From a virus, in IMG/VR virus record IMGVR_UViG_3300028534_000015, positions 92,171 to 156,170 of that record: a stretch of DNA of 64,000 bases. The stretch is one strand, 5' to 3'. Shown here in pieces: positions 40,256-50,218 of the stretch. The notes below the pieces were generated by a model. It saw nothing but the letters and a program-made list of their open reading frames with translations, was not told where the DNA came from and ran no database searches. Every line of letters starts with the position of its first letter. Position 1 is the stretch's first letter. Position numbers and translations under genes: made by a program.

Positions 40256-41104
40256 CTACCATAAATAAATTACGACGTCATCAACGGGTGTTTCTTTAAA
40301 GATAATCTGATGTAGTGTTGGTGTTGATCTAACAGGAAGAATTGCACTTATAGAAAATAGTTCATCAGATTCTGCATCTCCGAATAAATTTGTCGATGAT
40401 CCTAAAGAAATAACTTCTATTACTTTACTAGCGTTACCTGTTGTAGTAAAGTAATCGTCATGTCTCATATATGTTCTTTGTGTAGTATGATTTGGAAACA
40501 CGTCAGCAAAAGGCATAAGATATGTAGCAATGCCTGTAATGACATTAGGAGTTGGGAATTTCTGACTATCTCTTTGGTCAACTGCTTCCGGTTTTGTTTT
40601 ATTGACGTTATACTTAGTACTATATCTTCCTGAAGCACTTTGAGTTTCTGGTCGTCTTTGGAATACAGTACATCCTATAATTCTTTCTACTACTTTAAGA
40701 TCAGAATCTGTGTTAGCGTCACCATAAGTCTCAAGATCAGGGAGAATTAAAATATCACCATATTTTGCATCATACCATACTACATTATACTCTGATAACA
40801 TAATGCTTTTTGCATGTCCTATGTAAACAAATCTATCTTGCATGTCTGGATCATAGAGCGCATTGGTAACTTTATCATCTGTTCGTTTTGCAGTAAAGTC
40901 TCTTCTTAGTCTTACATTATAATCAATCTCTTCAGCTGTATGTTTAATTTCTGTGGTATTTTCATAGATACCATTTAGCTGTGAAACAGCAATTGGGATT
41001 GTTCCTTCATCACATCTAATTTCAATTCTTGCGTTCTTTGATGTATCTTTCTCAGCTAGGTTGTTAACAATTAACGCTTTTCTTACTTTTGAAGTATCAG
41101 TCAT
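40256..41104 (-). CDS. Hypothetical protein
   Basis: 282 aa, AAAGGA RBS; no motif recognised. Confidence 0.55.
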   Translation of the reverse strand: MTDTSKVRKALIVNNLAEKDTSKNARIEIRCDEGTIPIAVSQLNGIYENTTEIKHTAEEIDYNVRLRRDFTAKRTDDKVTNALYDPDMQDRFVYIGHAKSIMLSEYNVVWYDAKYGDILILPDLETYGDANTDSDLKVVERIIGCTVFQRRPETQSASGRYSTKYNVNKTKPEAVDQRDSQKFPTPNVITGIATYLMPFADVFPNHTTQRTYMRHDDYFTTTGNASKVIEVISLGSSTNLFGDAESDELFSISAILPVRSTPTLHQIIFKETPVDDVVIYLW

Positions 41105-41130
41105 ATTATTCCTTTAAATGTTATTCATTT

Positions 41131-41157
41131 TAAGAAAGCCGCTATTCGGCTTTCTTA
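41131..41157 (-). terminator. Hairpin at the end of the recombinase gene
   Basis: TAAGAAAGCCG-CTATT-CGGCTTTCTTA; stop codon in loop. Confidence 0.6.
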
Positions 41158-42647
41158 TCTGCTTCTTTGTTGTCTTGATTGTATTTTGAAAAATGTTTTC
41201 TCCATTTTTTCTTCACAGTTACTTTATCGTCTTCTAACCAATACGGGATTTTTAAGCCCTTAGCGACTTCTAATAAATCGAATATAGATAAATACGGCGG
41301 TACTTCGTCAGTGTATTGATCTATAGTCCACCAACTTCTTGACTCCAATAATGTATTCATATCGTATCTCTGATCTACAATATTTTTATAAATATTTTCA
41401 GGAGTATCGTATAAATGTTTGAAACCTGGCTGATATTTCATCATAGCTCTTAGGAACGCCGTGAACTCAATTGCTTTTCCTAATCTTTTGTCTTCCTCTG
41501 CCAGTTCTCTGATAGTGCTTTTTCTTAACTTAACATCAGGATATAGATCCATCCAGAACGATAAGTTTGACCCAGATACACCAAAATTATTTTCACGTAC
41601 TTTTGTATAAAAATAGTTTGTTAATTCTACTTTAACGCCTTCTGATTGTGAAACGACATATTCAATAGTTGTACCGCTAGGTCCAGATTTTGATCTTAGG
41701 ATTGTCATCTTTACTAAGTTAAGGTCTGTCTCATAATCATCAGGCGCTGAAGACCTAGGGAACTCTGGCATTTTTGTTGTCGGGTTCTTTAATGCTGTAG
41801 CTGTATGTGCAAATAATGAGAGTAACGTTAAATAGTTATTCTTACCAGACACACCTTTGATTTCCATATCACCTTTAAGATATTGATTTTGTTTTTCCGG
41901 TCTATTATACTTATTCCCGCCAATATTTTTATTTTCTCCAGTATGCGCTACATACCCGAAATAAGAATTTGTTCTTCTTGTAATTGTTGGTAATGTTCCT
42001 ATAAATTTAGATTTAAACAAACCTCCTTTTAGGTAATATGTTTCTGTGCCTTCCTCACCATTTTTTGATTTTGTTAACATATCCATCGCGCCTTCTGGTT
42101 CAAACTCTGACATAGAGTCTGTCAAGTGCATGATTGGGAAAAGTGCTTTGTATTGTTCGCCTGAATATTTATCTGTGAACGCTGTGTATGTAACTTTCTT
42201 CTCTTTCTCTCTTTCTTTATTAAACTTGTTAAAATCGACGACCCACTCATTTGCAGAACAGTCTGCTTTAGTAAGAACTCTAAACATTCCTTTATCGTAA
42301 TTATATATCATATCCTTTGGAAGATTTTCTGTCTTGTTAAGTCTGTCTTGCACTCTATCAAATTTAACATTTGTTTCTGTGTCATATAAGTTAATTATAG
42401 GTTTCTCAATTTTCTTTAATGTGCCGACATACATTCTATCTAATGCTGTCATTGTTAGGAACTGTAGTATTGTTGACTTATATGCGTTTCCTGGTCCTAT
42501 GACAACATAAACACTGTCTAGACCACCAAGGAGAATCATCTCCCCTTTAGCTCCTTCTTGAAATGTTCCTGTGATAATATCTAAAATTGTACTTGTATTT
42601 ATCTGAAGATTTTCTGTGGTTGTTTTTGTTAAACCGAATGTTGCCAT
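41142..42647 (-). CDS. uvsX: UvsX/RecA-like recombinase, phiKZ gp152-like
   Basis: Walker A GPGNAYKST, YDTE, TDS, RSKSGPSG; start 42647 after AAAGGA. Confidence 0.82.
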   Translation of the reverse strand: MATFGLTKTTTENLQINTSTILDIITGTFQEGAKGEMILLGGLDSVYVVIGPGNAYKSTILQFLTMTALDRMYVGTLKKIEKPIINLYDTETNVKFDRVQDRLNKTENLPKDMIYNYDKGMFRVLTKADCSANEWVVDFNKFNKEREKEKKVTYTAFTDKYSGEQYKALFPIMHLTDSMSEFEPEGAMDMLTKSKNGEEGTETYYLKGGLFKSKFIGTLPTITRRTNSYFGYVAHTGENKNIGGNKYNRPEKQNQYLKGDMEIKGVSGKNNYLTLLSLFAHTATALKNPTTKMPEFPRSSAPDDYETDLNLVKMTILRSKSGPSGTTIEYVVSQSEGVKVELTNYFYTKVRENNFGVSGSNLSFWMDLYPDVKLRKSTIRELAEEDKRLGKAIEFTAFLRAMMKYQPGFKHLYDTPENIYKNIVDQRYDMNTLLESRSWWTIDQYTDEVPPYLSIFDLLEVAKGLKIPYWLEDDKVTVKKKWRKHFSKYNQDNKEADKKAE

Positions 42648-42724
42648 TCTTATTCCTTTTCTCTTTTTTATCAAGATAAATATCGTATTTCATTTTTCTT
42701 TGAATATTAAAACAAAGGCTTGAA

Positions 42725-43567
42725 ATGAAACAGGAACAGATAGTAAACTATCTATTAACAAAAGATCCGTCAGACGAATTGGTGTCTGGTTTAGAAGAGG
42801 GTCTTATTGATTCGGTTACAGAAAAAGTAATCAATTTCGTACAAAATTCTAAAGTAGATATCTCCACAAGATTAACAGGTTTTCAAGATTTTATTTATAG
42901 TAGAGGATCTGTAAGATTTCCTAAACAACTTATCGAAACAGAAAAACGCATTCTTGCTTCGGAAACAAAGTTTACAGAAATTTACAATAGACCAGTTGCT
43001 AAGGTTATTGGTCTTGAAACACCGCTGATTGAACTTGTGAGTATTATCTATGATTTCTTTAGTCTCTCTAACCACAAGGAGACATTTAAAAATATAGATG
43101 AACTTGATTCGATTGTTTCAAGACTTCTTAAAAGTAAAGAAGAACGTTTACAGTTTAGACGTTATTCAAAGCTGGATAAAATAGAAAAAACACTTGTAGA
43201 AGAACCAAAAGAAAGATTAAGAGGCATTATTAACCCTGCGAATCTGGAAGAATTTGCAGAAATAGGTAAACAAATCGGAAGTACATCACAAGCTCTCGAA
43301 TGTATAACCATGCTTAAAGAGATTCACAAAAACTTTGATGACAAAGACATATTAAAAATTAACAAGCTTGTTCATAAACTTAACAAGAAACTTAATATGT
43401 TATTTGATGTTGTTGAATCTGATCCAACTATGACAAAAGAATCTGTTGAGAATATAGCACAAGTCATTAAAATCTTTGCTAACTACTTAACAGGAATCAG
43501 TATGTATTTTTGGTACTATACCAAAACAAGTGAAGTAATTATTAAAATAGGTAAATTTTATAAGTAG
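42725..43567 (+). CDS. Putative head/virion protein with N-terminal propeptide
   Basis: 280 aa; SGLEE near the N-terminus matches the G-x-E cleavage motif of capsid and portal. Confidence 0.5.
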   Translation: MKQEQIVNYLLTKDPSDELVSGLEEGLIDSVTEKVINFVQNSKVDISTRLTGFQDFIYSRGSVRFPKQLIETEKRILASETKFTEIYNRPVAKVIGLETPLIELVSIIYDFFSLSNHKETFKNIDELDSIVSRLLKSKEERLQFRRYSKLDKIEKTLVEEPKERLRGIINPANLEEFAEIGKQIGSTSQALECITMLKEIHKNFDDKDILKINKLVHKLNKKLNMLFDVVESDPTMTKESVENIAQVIKIFANYLTGISMYFWYYTKTSEVIIKIGKFYK

Positions 43568-43590
43568 TACGGGATTTCTCCCGTACTACT
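43563..43590. terminator. Hairpin at a convergent gene junction
   Basis: AGTAGTACGGGA-TTTC-TCCCGTACTACT. Confidence 0.7.
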
Positions 43591-45007
43591 CTATAATTAC
43601 TTTATTGGAATAAATGTTTGTCCATACGATAACATCGTCTGTTTCTTCTATATGAAGCACAGTTACATACGATGCTACAATGTCGTGAAGTCTTTTTATA
43701 AACACATAAACTTTTGGTTTATAACTTTCTAATCTTTTAAGTGTGTTTCTATCCACTATATCAATACCGCAGATTAATTTTAATCTGTACGTTTTATCTT
43801 TTTCTAACTTATCTTTAAAGATATCGTTATGTTTAAATTTAACAGCTGTTTTGAATTTGTTATCTACTTCTTTTTTTATTTTATATTTATCATCATAATA
43901 ATGGTCTGTTATATCTATAACACCTCCATCTATACCTATGTCTCTTTTAAGAACATGAGTAATGATAAAATCCCTACCTGCCATGCCTATAACACTACAG
44001 TTTTTCATTCCGGCATTTGCAATACCGACAGGTTTGATTTCAGAAGCAATATAATTCCCACTCAAAGTACGGACAGTGATTCTATTATGATCTCCTTCAA
44101 CAAGAGTAACAAACGCATGTTCACCATAGATTTGATAAAGTCTTAATGAATCAGCATTATAAAGATTCTCCGTATGTATGTTACAAATAACTTCCATATC
44201 TTTTAAGGACTCTCTAAGAAGAGATTTTATTAATTCTATCTCTTCAATAGGATCTTTAGGCAAGTACTGATAGTAAGCAACATAATCAGTTTTAAGACCT
44301 ATAGGGTCATCTTTCTTATAGTTCGCTAAACAGTATGCCTCTTTTTGATTTTGTTCAGGATTATTTCTATAGATTAAATGTCTTGAAATAATAAAATCAG
44401 ACTTTGTTTTCTTCGGAGTCCAATAATACTTAGGGTCTGATTTAATTAACAATACTCTGTTATTAGTTTTTAAATACTTATTAAAAATAACTTCTGTAGA
44501 ATATACAGTTTGCATAAATCCTGGATTATCTTCTACTGTATACAATAGAGAAACAGATAAGTTCTTACTTCTAAGTTCTTCTAATAATTTCATATGTGAA
44601 GATGAAACAAAATCTATATTATTTATCTTGTCTTTTAATAATGCTTGCATCTTTTGGTCTATTACCCATAACTCTAATTTTTCATAAGAGCTTATCAAAC
44701 CTAATAATTCTTCTATTATGACATCGTAAGGATTTTTATCTACAAGCACCTCTGCTTTATCTATAAATAATGTCGGTGTTACTTCTTTGGCTTTTTTCAT
44801 CATTTTTTGTGATTTTGTAACATAGCCGTAGTCGGTCAATTCTAGTTTATTTGGTTTCTTGTTTGACTTTTTAAATTCGTCAAACTCTATAATATGTTGT
44901 GTGATAACAGATACTGTTTTATCGTTAATGTTTTTTAATGTTGTGTTAATATAAACTACTGCTTTCATCTTAATTCCTGTTTTGTTTTCATTAAATAATT
45001 GTTTCAT
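43586..45007 (-). CDS. RNase H-like protein, phiKZ gp155-like, apparently degenerate (likely start 44968)
   Basis: Size, position, KYYWTP, DIVDRNTLKRL and terminal WTNIYSN resemble the family; canonical YTDG motif not seen. Confidence 0.5.
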   Translation of the reverse strand: MKQLFNENKTGIKMKAVVYINTTLKNINDKTVSVITQHIIEFDEFKKSNKKPNKLELTDYGYVTKSQKMMKKAKEVTPTLFIDKAEVLVDKNPYDVIIEELLGLISSYEKLELWVIDQKMQALLKDKINNIDFVSSSHMKLLEELRSKNLSVSLLYTVEDNPGFMQTVYSTEVIFNKYLKTNNRVLLIKSDPKYYWTPKKTKSDFIISRHLIYRNNPEQNQKEAYCLANYKKDDPIGLKTDYVAYYQYLPKDPIEEIELIKSLLRESLKDMEVICNIHTENLYNADSLRLYQIYGEHAFVTLVEGDHNRITVRTLSGNYIASEIKPVGIANAGMKNCSVIGMAGRDFIITHVLKRDIGIDGGVIDITDHYYDDKYKIKKEVDNKFKTAVKFKHNDIFKDKLEKDKTYRLKLICGIDIVDRNTLKRLESYKPKVYVFIKRLHDIVASYVTVLHIEETDDVIVWTNIYSNKVIIE

Positions 45008-45039
45008 AAATTTAAACTGAAAATATTTAAAGGAAAACT

Positions 45040-46548
45040 ATGATAGAAATAGGAAAAAAATACGCATTTGAAGCGTATAGTCCATACGACTCTTTTATAA
45101 GTCCAAATAAAGCATATTTGGTAGTAACAAAAAGACCCATATTCGATTTAAAGAATGCTGGAGTAGACGTATTTAAAGAAGTATATGAAGCATACGGAAG
45201 GACAGAAGAAGAATACTTAAATGATATCAATAATAATGTTTATATTCTAACGTTAACAGAAGACACTGTTAATAACGGATATGTTCCTGAAAATATGGTA
45301 ACTATTTTAGATAAATCATATTCAGGTTTACTTTATAACGAATTCTTAGTTGGTATCAAAATAGGTTTATTTAAATCTGACTTTGATTTCACTAACTTCC
45401 AGAATGAGTTAGAAGAATTCGTTAGAAGTTCTCTAGGAGTTGACGCTAAAATTCAAATATCTAAATCTTCCTCTGAAACATACTTAAGCGAAGAAACATA
45501 TACAGAGTTAGAAAATACCCGAAAATCTGTTTCTGATAATAGCATATTTTCTAAATATGAAAGATATGAAGACAGAATAGAACTTCTTGAAGACAAAATA
45601 AAAAGAGTAAATTTTGCACTTATCGTTGATGCTGAAGATAATATTATTCCAGACGCATTTGATGGTAATTTATTAGTGAACCTTATTCCCGAAATGACGC
45701 CAATAGAACATATTATGCAAAGTTCGTTTACTTTTAAAAATTGTTTGTCATTTGTATATTTCAACCGTAATGTTTATTATACTGTAGAAAGTGATAACAC
45801 AATAAAACAATTCAAAGTTTTTGACGGACAAGTTATCGATATAAAATCGTTTGTTACAGATGAAATACAAGACGCATCTAACATTTATGTGTTTCCAGTA
45901 GAAACAGACAGACTTGTTGTTTTCTATTTTATCGATTCAGATTTAAAGTATAGTCTTATTGATGGGAATACATTGGAGGAAATTAAAAACGATATTGTAT
46001 TAAGTGATATTGATTTACCTAGAACATATTTACCGACATATGTTACAGATAATCATTTCAATATTGGATTTACAGATAGCGATCAAGTTTATCGTTGTAA
46101 AATTGCTTTTGATTTTGAGACAGACGATGTGTTAATAGAAACAGATGTTATATCATCTATCACTATTAATGATTCACCATTAGATGAAAACTGTTTATTC
46201 TCTTTAACTGTTTCTGAATTAACCGGACTTATTGAATACAACGGATATTGCAATAATGTTGACGTATCAGAGGACGGGTTGTTGGTTGGTGATAATGATT
46301 TTAGTGACCACTATCTTGGTACTGGTGTTATTACATTAAGAACATTCGAGAAAGATAGATTTGTATGGATTTATAACAAAGATGGATTTATTTCTATTAA
46401 AACAGTTGACTCACAAGGTGAAACATACGGAGAAATACTAAATTCTGATGTAGAGTTTAATACAAATATACTTCAGACCTTCGACAATAGCCTAATTACG
46501 CCTAAAGTAACTTCAGATACATCTTTTATGCTAAAAAAAATAATATAG
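45040..46548 (+). CDS. Putative virion protein: phiKZ-like N-domain fused to acidic beta-rich C-domain
   Basis: 502 aa; C-terminal ~300 aa similar to those of 2644..4443 and 4467..6284. Confidence 0.5.
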   Translation: MIEIGKKYAFEAYSPYDSFISPNKAYLVVTKRPIFDLKNAGVDVFKEVYEAYGRTEEEYLNDINNNVYILTLTEDTVNNGYVPENMVTILDKSYSGLLYNEFLVGIKIGLFKSDFDFTNFQNELEEFVRSSLGVDAKIQISKSSSETYLSEETYTELENTRKSVSDNSIFSKYERYEDRIELLEDKIKRVNFALIVDAEDNIIPDAFDGNLLVNLIPEMTPIEHIMQSSFTFKNCLSFVYFNRNVYYTVESDNTIKQFKVFDGQVIDIKSFVTDEIQDASNIYVFPVETDRLVVFYFIDSDLKYSLIDGNTLEEIKNDIVLSDIDLPRTYLPTYVTDNHFNIGFTDSDQVYRCKIAFDFETDDVLIETDVISSITINDSPLDENCLFSLTVSELTGLIEYNGYCNNVDVSEDGLLVGDNDFSDHYLGTGVITLRTFEKDRFVWIYNKDGFISIKTVDSQGETYGEILNSDVEFNTNILQTFDNSLITPKVTSDTSFMLKKII

Positions 46549-46551
46549 CCT

Positions 46552-46575
46552 CTGAGGACGCTTACGCGTCCTCAG
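46552..46575. terminator. Hairpin at a convergent gene junction
   Basis: CTGAGGACGC-TTAC-GCGTCCTCAG; GTAA loop with stop codon on the - strand. Confidence 0.7.
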
Positions 46576-47032
46576 GGATAAGCACTGTTTTATTCCAGAG
46601 TTCAACTAACTTTTTGTATTTATCGTTCTCTGTTCTATCCGTAAGAATAATATCATACGGAATACACACGACAGTATAGTTGTCGTGATAAGCAATACTA
46701 TCTCTCACTGTATTGAAATAATACGAGAGATAATCATTGAATACAGAGAACCACTCTTCGGCTTCTCTGTCACCATTATCGACTGCTTCTTGAATGTCTC
46801 TCAAATCAGTCTTTAAAGAACTTATTTGATAAACACCTTTATTAAGTTGTTCAGTTATAAACTCATAGACTTCATCAGATATCTTGTCCGAAAGTTTAAA
46901 CACCGCTAACTTAAAAAAGTCTTCTTTTGTAACTTCGTTGTCTAGAACGAAGCATTTGCGTTTCATAATCGGAATAGGAGAAACCTTTTTTAGTTTCTCG
47001 ATAGACTCTTTTGTCAGTTCTTTTGTATACAT
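46562..47032 (-). CDS. Hypothetical protein
   Basis: 156 aa, AAGGAG RBS. Confidence 0.6.
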   Translation of the reverse strand: MYTKELTKESIEKLKKVSPIPIMKRKCFVLDNEVTKEDFFKLAVFKLSDKISDEVYEFITEQLNKGVYQISSLKTDLRDIQEAVDNGDREAEEWFSVFNDYLSYYFNTVRDSIAYHDNYTVVCIPYDIILTDRTENDKYKKLVELWNKTVLIPEDA

Positions 47033-47043
47033 TTTATCTCCTT

Positions 47044-47955
47044 TTATAGTATAACTTTATTTACCGTTGCACCGTCTGTTTTATAAAGATTCCCTCTTAT
47101 ACAAAAGTATAATGTATCAACCTTAAATCTTTTAAAAATCTTACTTAGTAAAGACCATGATTCTAATTCTATTGGATCTGTCACATATCTTAACTCTTCA
47201 GCAAGTGGTTCAAAATCTGAAAATGCTACGTTTGTTGTTTCTACCACATAACAGAAGTCTCCGTCTGATTTAATAGAAGAAACAACATCGGTAGCTTTTG
47301 AAACAAAAGTGTTAATGGCTTCTTTTGTGTCATCGTCTGTATCGTCAGAAGATAACTCCGATTTTAATGATGCAGCTGTTTCTCTAAAAGTGGTATCGAA
47401 TACGTAGTACTCTCCTAAATAATTCACCATTAGGTTGGTTAGTGTATCATTTAGTGAATCAGGAATCAAAGAGACTATCTGTTTCTTTAATAAACCTGAC
47501 TTGATTGATTCAATAGCAGATTCAATCTTTTTTAACTTTTCATCGTCTATTAAATCTATATATCTTTTTGTTTTAAGATACATCTTTTTGTTTCTGTCAC
47601 CTACAAGCGCTAAGTTATTTTTTATTATAAAAATAACTTTACCGATATCTATCGGTTGCTTGTAACCTTCCATATTTGAGAAGTCAGAAACAAAAGCATC
47701 TAAACTAACTCCTTGATTGACCTTTGTCAACTTAGAAGGCACGACAACTTCTTTTTCTATCACTTCTCTGATCGTCGTAGTCTCTTGTTGATTTTGTTCT
47801 GGTACATACCCGCCATACGGATCGTCAGAAACCCCAAGCGTGTCAAATCCAGATGTTCCTGTTCCTATGTTAACAGAACCACCTGTTTGTGCACCGTAAC
47901 CATATGGATTTTGCTGATCTCCATATAGTGATGCTAATGGATCATTAGTATACAT
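47044..47955 (-). CDS. Hypothetical protein with low-complexity G/Y/Q-rich N-terminus
   Basis: 303 aa, AAAGGA RBS; TATATTAT motif upstream. Confidence 0.6.
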   Translation of the reverse strand: MYTNDPLASLYGDQQNPYGYGAQTGGSVNIGTGTSGFDTLGVSDDPYGGYVPEQNQQETTTIREVIEKEVVVPSKLTKVNQGVSLDAFVSDFSNMEGYKQPIDIGKVIFIIKNNLALVGDRNKKMYLKTKRYIDLIDDEKLKKIESAIESIKSGLLKKQIVSLIPDSLNDTLTNLMVNYLGEYYVFDTTFRETAASLKSELSSDDTDDDTKEAINTFVSKATDVVSSIKSDGDFCYVVETTNVAFSDFEPLAEELRYVTDPIELESWSLLSKIFKRFKVDTLYFCIRGNLYKTDGATVNKVIL

Positions 47956-48032
47956 TTAAATCCTTTTTTTTTTAATTTTAACTTCTTCCGGATTGAAGTC
48001 AATGATATAATATATAAGTAAAAAAAATACCA

Positions 48033-48059
48033 TATCCGAAACCCTTAGGGTTTCGGATA
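48033..48059 (-). terminator. Terminator of the major capsid gene
   Basis: TATCCGAAACCCT-T-AGGGTTTCGGATA followed on the - strand by a U run. Confidence 0.75.
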
Positions 48060-48090
48060 CGTTTATTTCAAAAGTACTTGAATTAAATTA

Positions 48091-50169
48091 CTATTGTACT
48101 TGTTGTTGAACAACATAAAGGTTTTTGTTAGAAACAACTTTGTCGAATCCAATAACGTCTAGCTCGATACCAATTGGTAGTCTGTTATGGAAATCGAATG
48201 CTGGTTGTACTACCGTTCTTTTAACTGTTGAGTTATTGCCGAAGTTACCGCGTACGTCAATAACCGGCGTAGGAACAACTACTCTTAGAGTATTTGTTAG
48301 AACAGTCATTGTGTTACCTGATGGTTTAACAGTAGGAATAACTCTTACTTTATTTTTAAGAAGCTCATGGTTATGACCAACTACTTCTACATTGTAATAG
48401 TCGTTTTTGAATACTGAACCATCTAGATCAAGTGCAGTTTTGATCTTTTCGTCAGTAACGATAGTTAGAGTTGGTTTTTGACCAATTCCCAAAATCTTAT
48501 GTGCACTAATGAATCCAGACTCTTCTTCAAGTGTATTCATCATTTGCTTAATGTTGTTAGCGATTAGAGCTCCGATGTTCTTGATAGTTGTAGTTGTTTC
48601 TTGCGCATCAACTTGGTTATATAGATCAATTTCTCTAAATCCAATATGTGGATCAACTACACGTTTCGCAGTGATAGCCACCGCATCTTTAAACGCTTCA
48701 GTATCGCCTTGTTCTTGCAAATTTCTCCATTGTGCAAACTTTGTAGTGAGTGCCGCAATTGCATTCGTAATCACTTCTACATTAACAGAAGAATCAATGA
48801 TACTAAGTGCAGTTTTCGGATCTGAAGAGAAAAGTGACGTATTAACATAAACAGCTGTTTTATAACCTACTTCTAGAATTTCACTTTCTGTTCTTGTATT
48901 AACTTCGATTCCGAATGTTTCGAGGTTTTCGTTGGTTTTGATCGCTTTTTGATAAGTAGCTTCAATTTTTGTCTCGACGTTTGCAATAACATCTGCAATA
49001 GCATCATATTTAGCATCACCAGCAGTTACTTCGTTACCATCAGCATCAATAACTTTATCAAGAGTAAATCTTGTTGACAATGTTTGGAACTGCATTGTCA
49101 TGGTGTTTAGTGAACCGCTTACAGAGTATCTTAGATAAATTTTGTATCCAGGAATATCTAGGTTTGTGATAACGTCTGATGTCTCACCATTGATATCTTT
49201 GATTCTATCGGCATCAATAAGAATTCTCATGTTGTTCATGTTGAGCTGCATATCTTTTACACTACCAACGTCAGTTGTTTGCCACTTAGAGTTTCCGTTT
49301 AGTTCAGTTAGAACTCTATGTAGAGATGTATTGCCATCACCATCTGTGAGTCTATAGTATACCCATTGTGTCTTGATGTTTCCGTCGAAGTTTGTTAGAT
49401 ATGAAGGTCTTTCACTAACATTAGCAGATGTGTCAAAACACAATGCTCCGAAGTCAATGGTGTCGATGTTTGTTTTAATAGGTGCTGTAGATTTGTTTGT
49501 TTCAGTATCTACGAATGTAGCTTCTCTAAGAAGATACGTGTCATTCTCATCACCTGGATATGGTACAAGTTTAATTCCGTTGATCGCAAATGGGTTTCCA
49601 GTTGAATAACGTACCATTTTAACAATAGAATCACCGATAGTGTCATCATGTAGATTACCTGCAGCATCTCTTGTATATTGATTTTGAACAATTGGTGCTG
49701 TGTGGATAAATCTATATCCTCCGCTTGTCATACTTCCAGAAATAGTAGGATAGATCTTTTCTACAAATGTTTCATTAGACGCGATAGATGCGTTTACTGC
49801 TACTTGGATTTCTTTATAAGCCCCAACTACATCTGCACCAAACTCTTCATTACCAGCAATGAATTTACCGCTACCATTGTCAGAAAGTGCTCCTGCAATA
49901 ACATTTTCTGGTTTAGAAGCAAGTGCTTGATCGTATTGTGACATAAGATCTGAAATACCTCTGTAATCCAGACCATCAAAGCTGAATGCTTCTAGTCCTG
50001 CTTTAAGAACTGCATCACGGTTTCCTTCTTCTGCAAAACCATCGAATACATCTTCATAATCATTTTTAGACGTTTGATCTCCAAAATCAAACCCTTCTTC
50101 GTTACCGGCGACAATATTAAACGTTGCGCCTTTTAGCGCTTCGTACAAGTCCTGAATATTTTTACTCAT
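48091..50169 (-). CDS. Major capsid protein, phiKZ gp120-like
   Basis: 692 aa; AGLEAF, FVEKIYPT, STAPI, TVVQPAF.H..LPI motifs; biased codon usage; context (small gene then divergent DnaB) as in phiKZ. Confidence 0.88.
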   Translation of the reverse strand: MSKNIQDLYEALKGATFNIVAGNEEGFDFGDQTSKNDYEDVFDGFAEEGNRDAVLKAGLEAFSFDGLDYRGISDLMSQYDQALASKPENVIAGALSDNGSGKFIAGNEEFGADVVGAYKEIQVAVNASIASNETFVEKIYPTISGSMTSGGYRFIHTAPIVQNQYTRDAAGNLHDDTIGDSIVKMVRYSTGNPFAINGIKLVPYPGDENDTYLLREATFVDTETNKSTAPIKTNIDTIDFGALCFDTSANVSERPSYLTNFDGNIKTQWVYYRLTDGDGNTSLHRVLTELNGNSKWQTTDVGSVKDMQLNMNNMRILIDADRIKDINGETSDVITNLDIPGYKIYLRYSVSGSLNTMTMQFQTLSTRFTLDKVIDADGNEVTAGDAKYDAIADVIANVETKIEATYQKAIKTNENLETFGIEVNTRTESEILEVGYKTAVYVNTSLFSSDPKTALSIIDSSVNVEVITNAIAALTTKFAQWRNLQEQGDTEAFKDAVAITAKRVVDPHIGFREIDLYNQVDAQETTTTIKNIGALIANNIKQMMNTLEEESGFISAHKILGIGQKPTLTIVTDEKIKTALDLDGSVFKNDYYNVEVVGHNHELLKNKVRVIPTVKPSGNTMTVLTNTLRVVVPTPVIDVRGNFGNNSTVKRTVVQPAFDFHNRLPIGIELDVIGFDKVVSNKNLYVVQQQVQ

Positions 50170-50195
50170 ATCTTTCCTTTTAAAATGTTTGAATG

Positions 50196-50217
50196 TTTTT
50201 TTCCTGCAGGAAAAAAA
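50196..50217. repeat. 22-bp palindrome upstream of the capsid gene
   Basis: TTTTTTTCCTG|CAGGAAAAAAA. Confidence 0.6.
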
Positions 50218-50218
50218 G

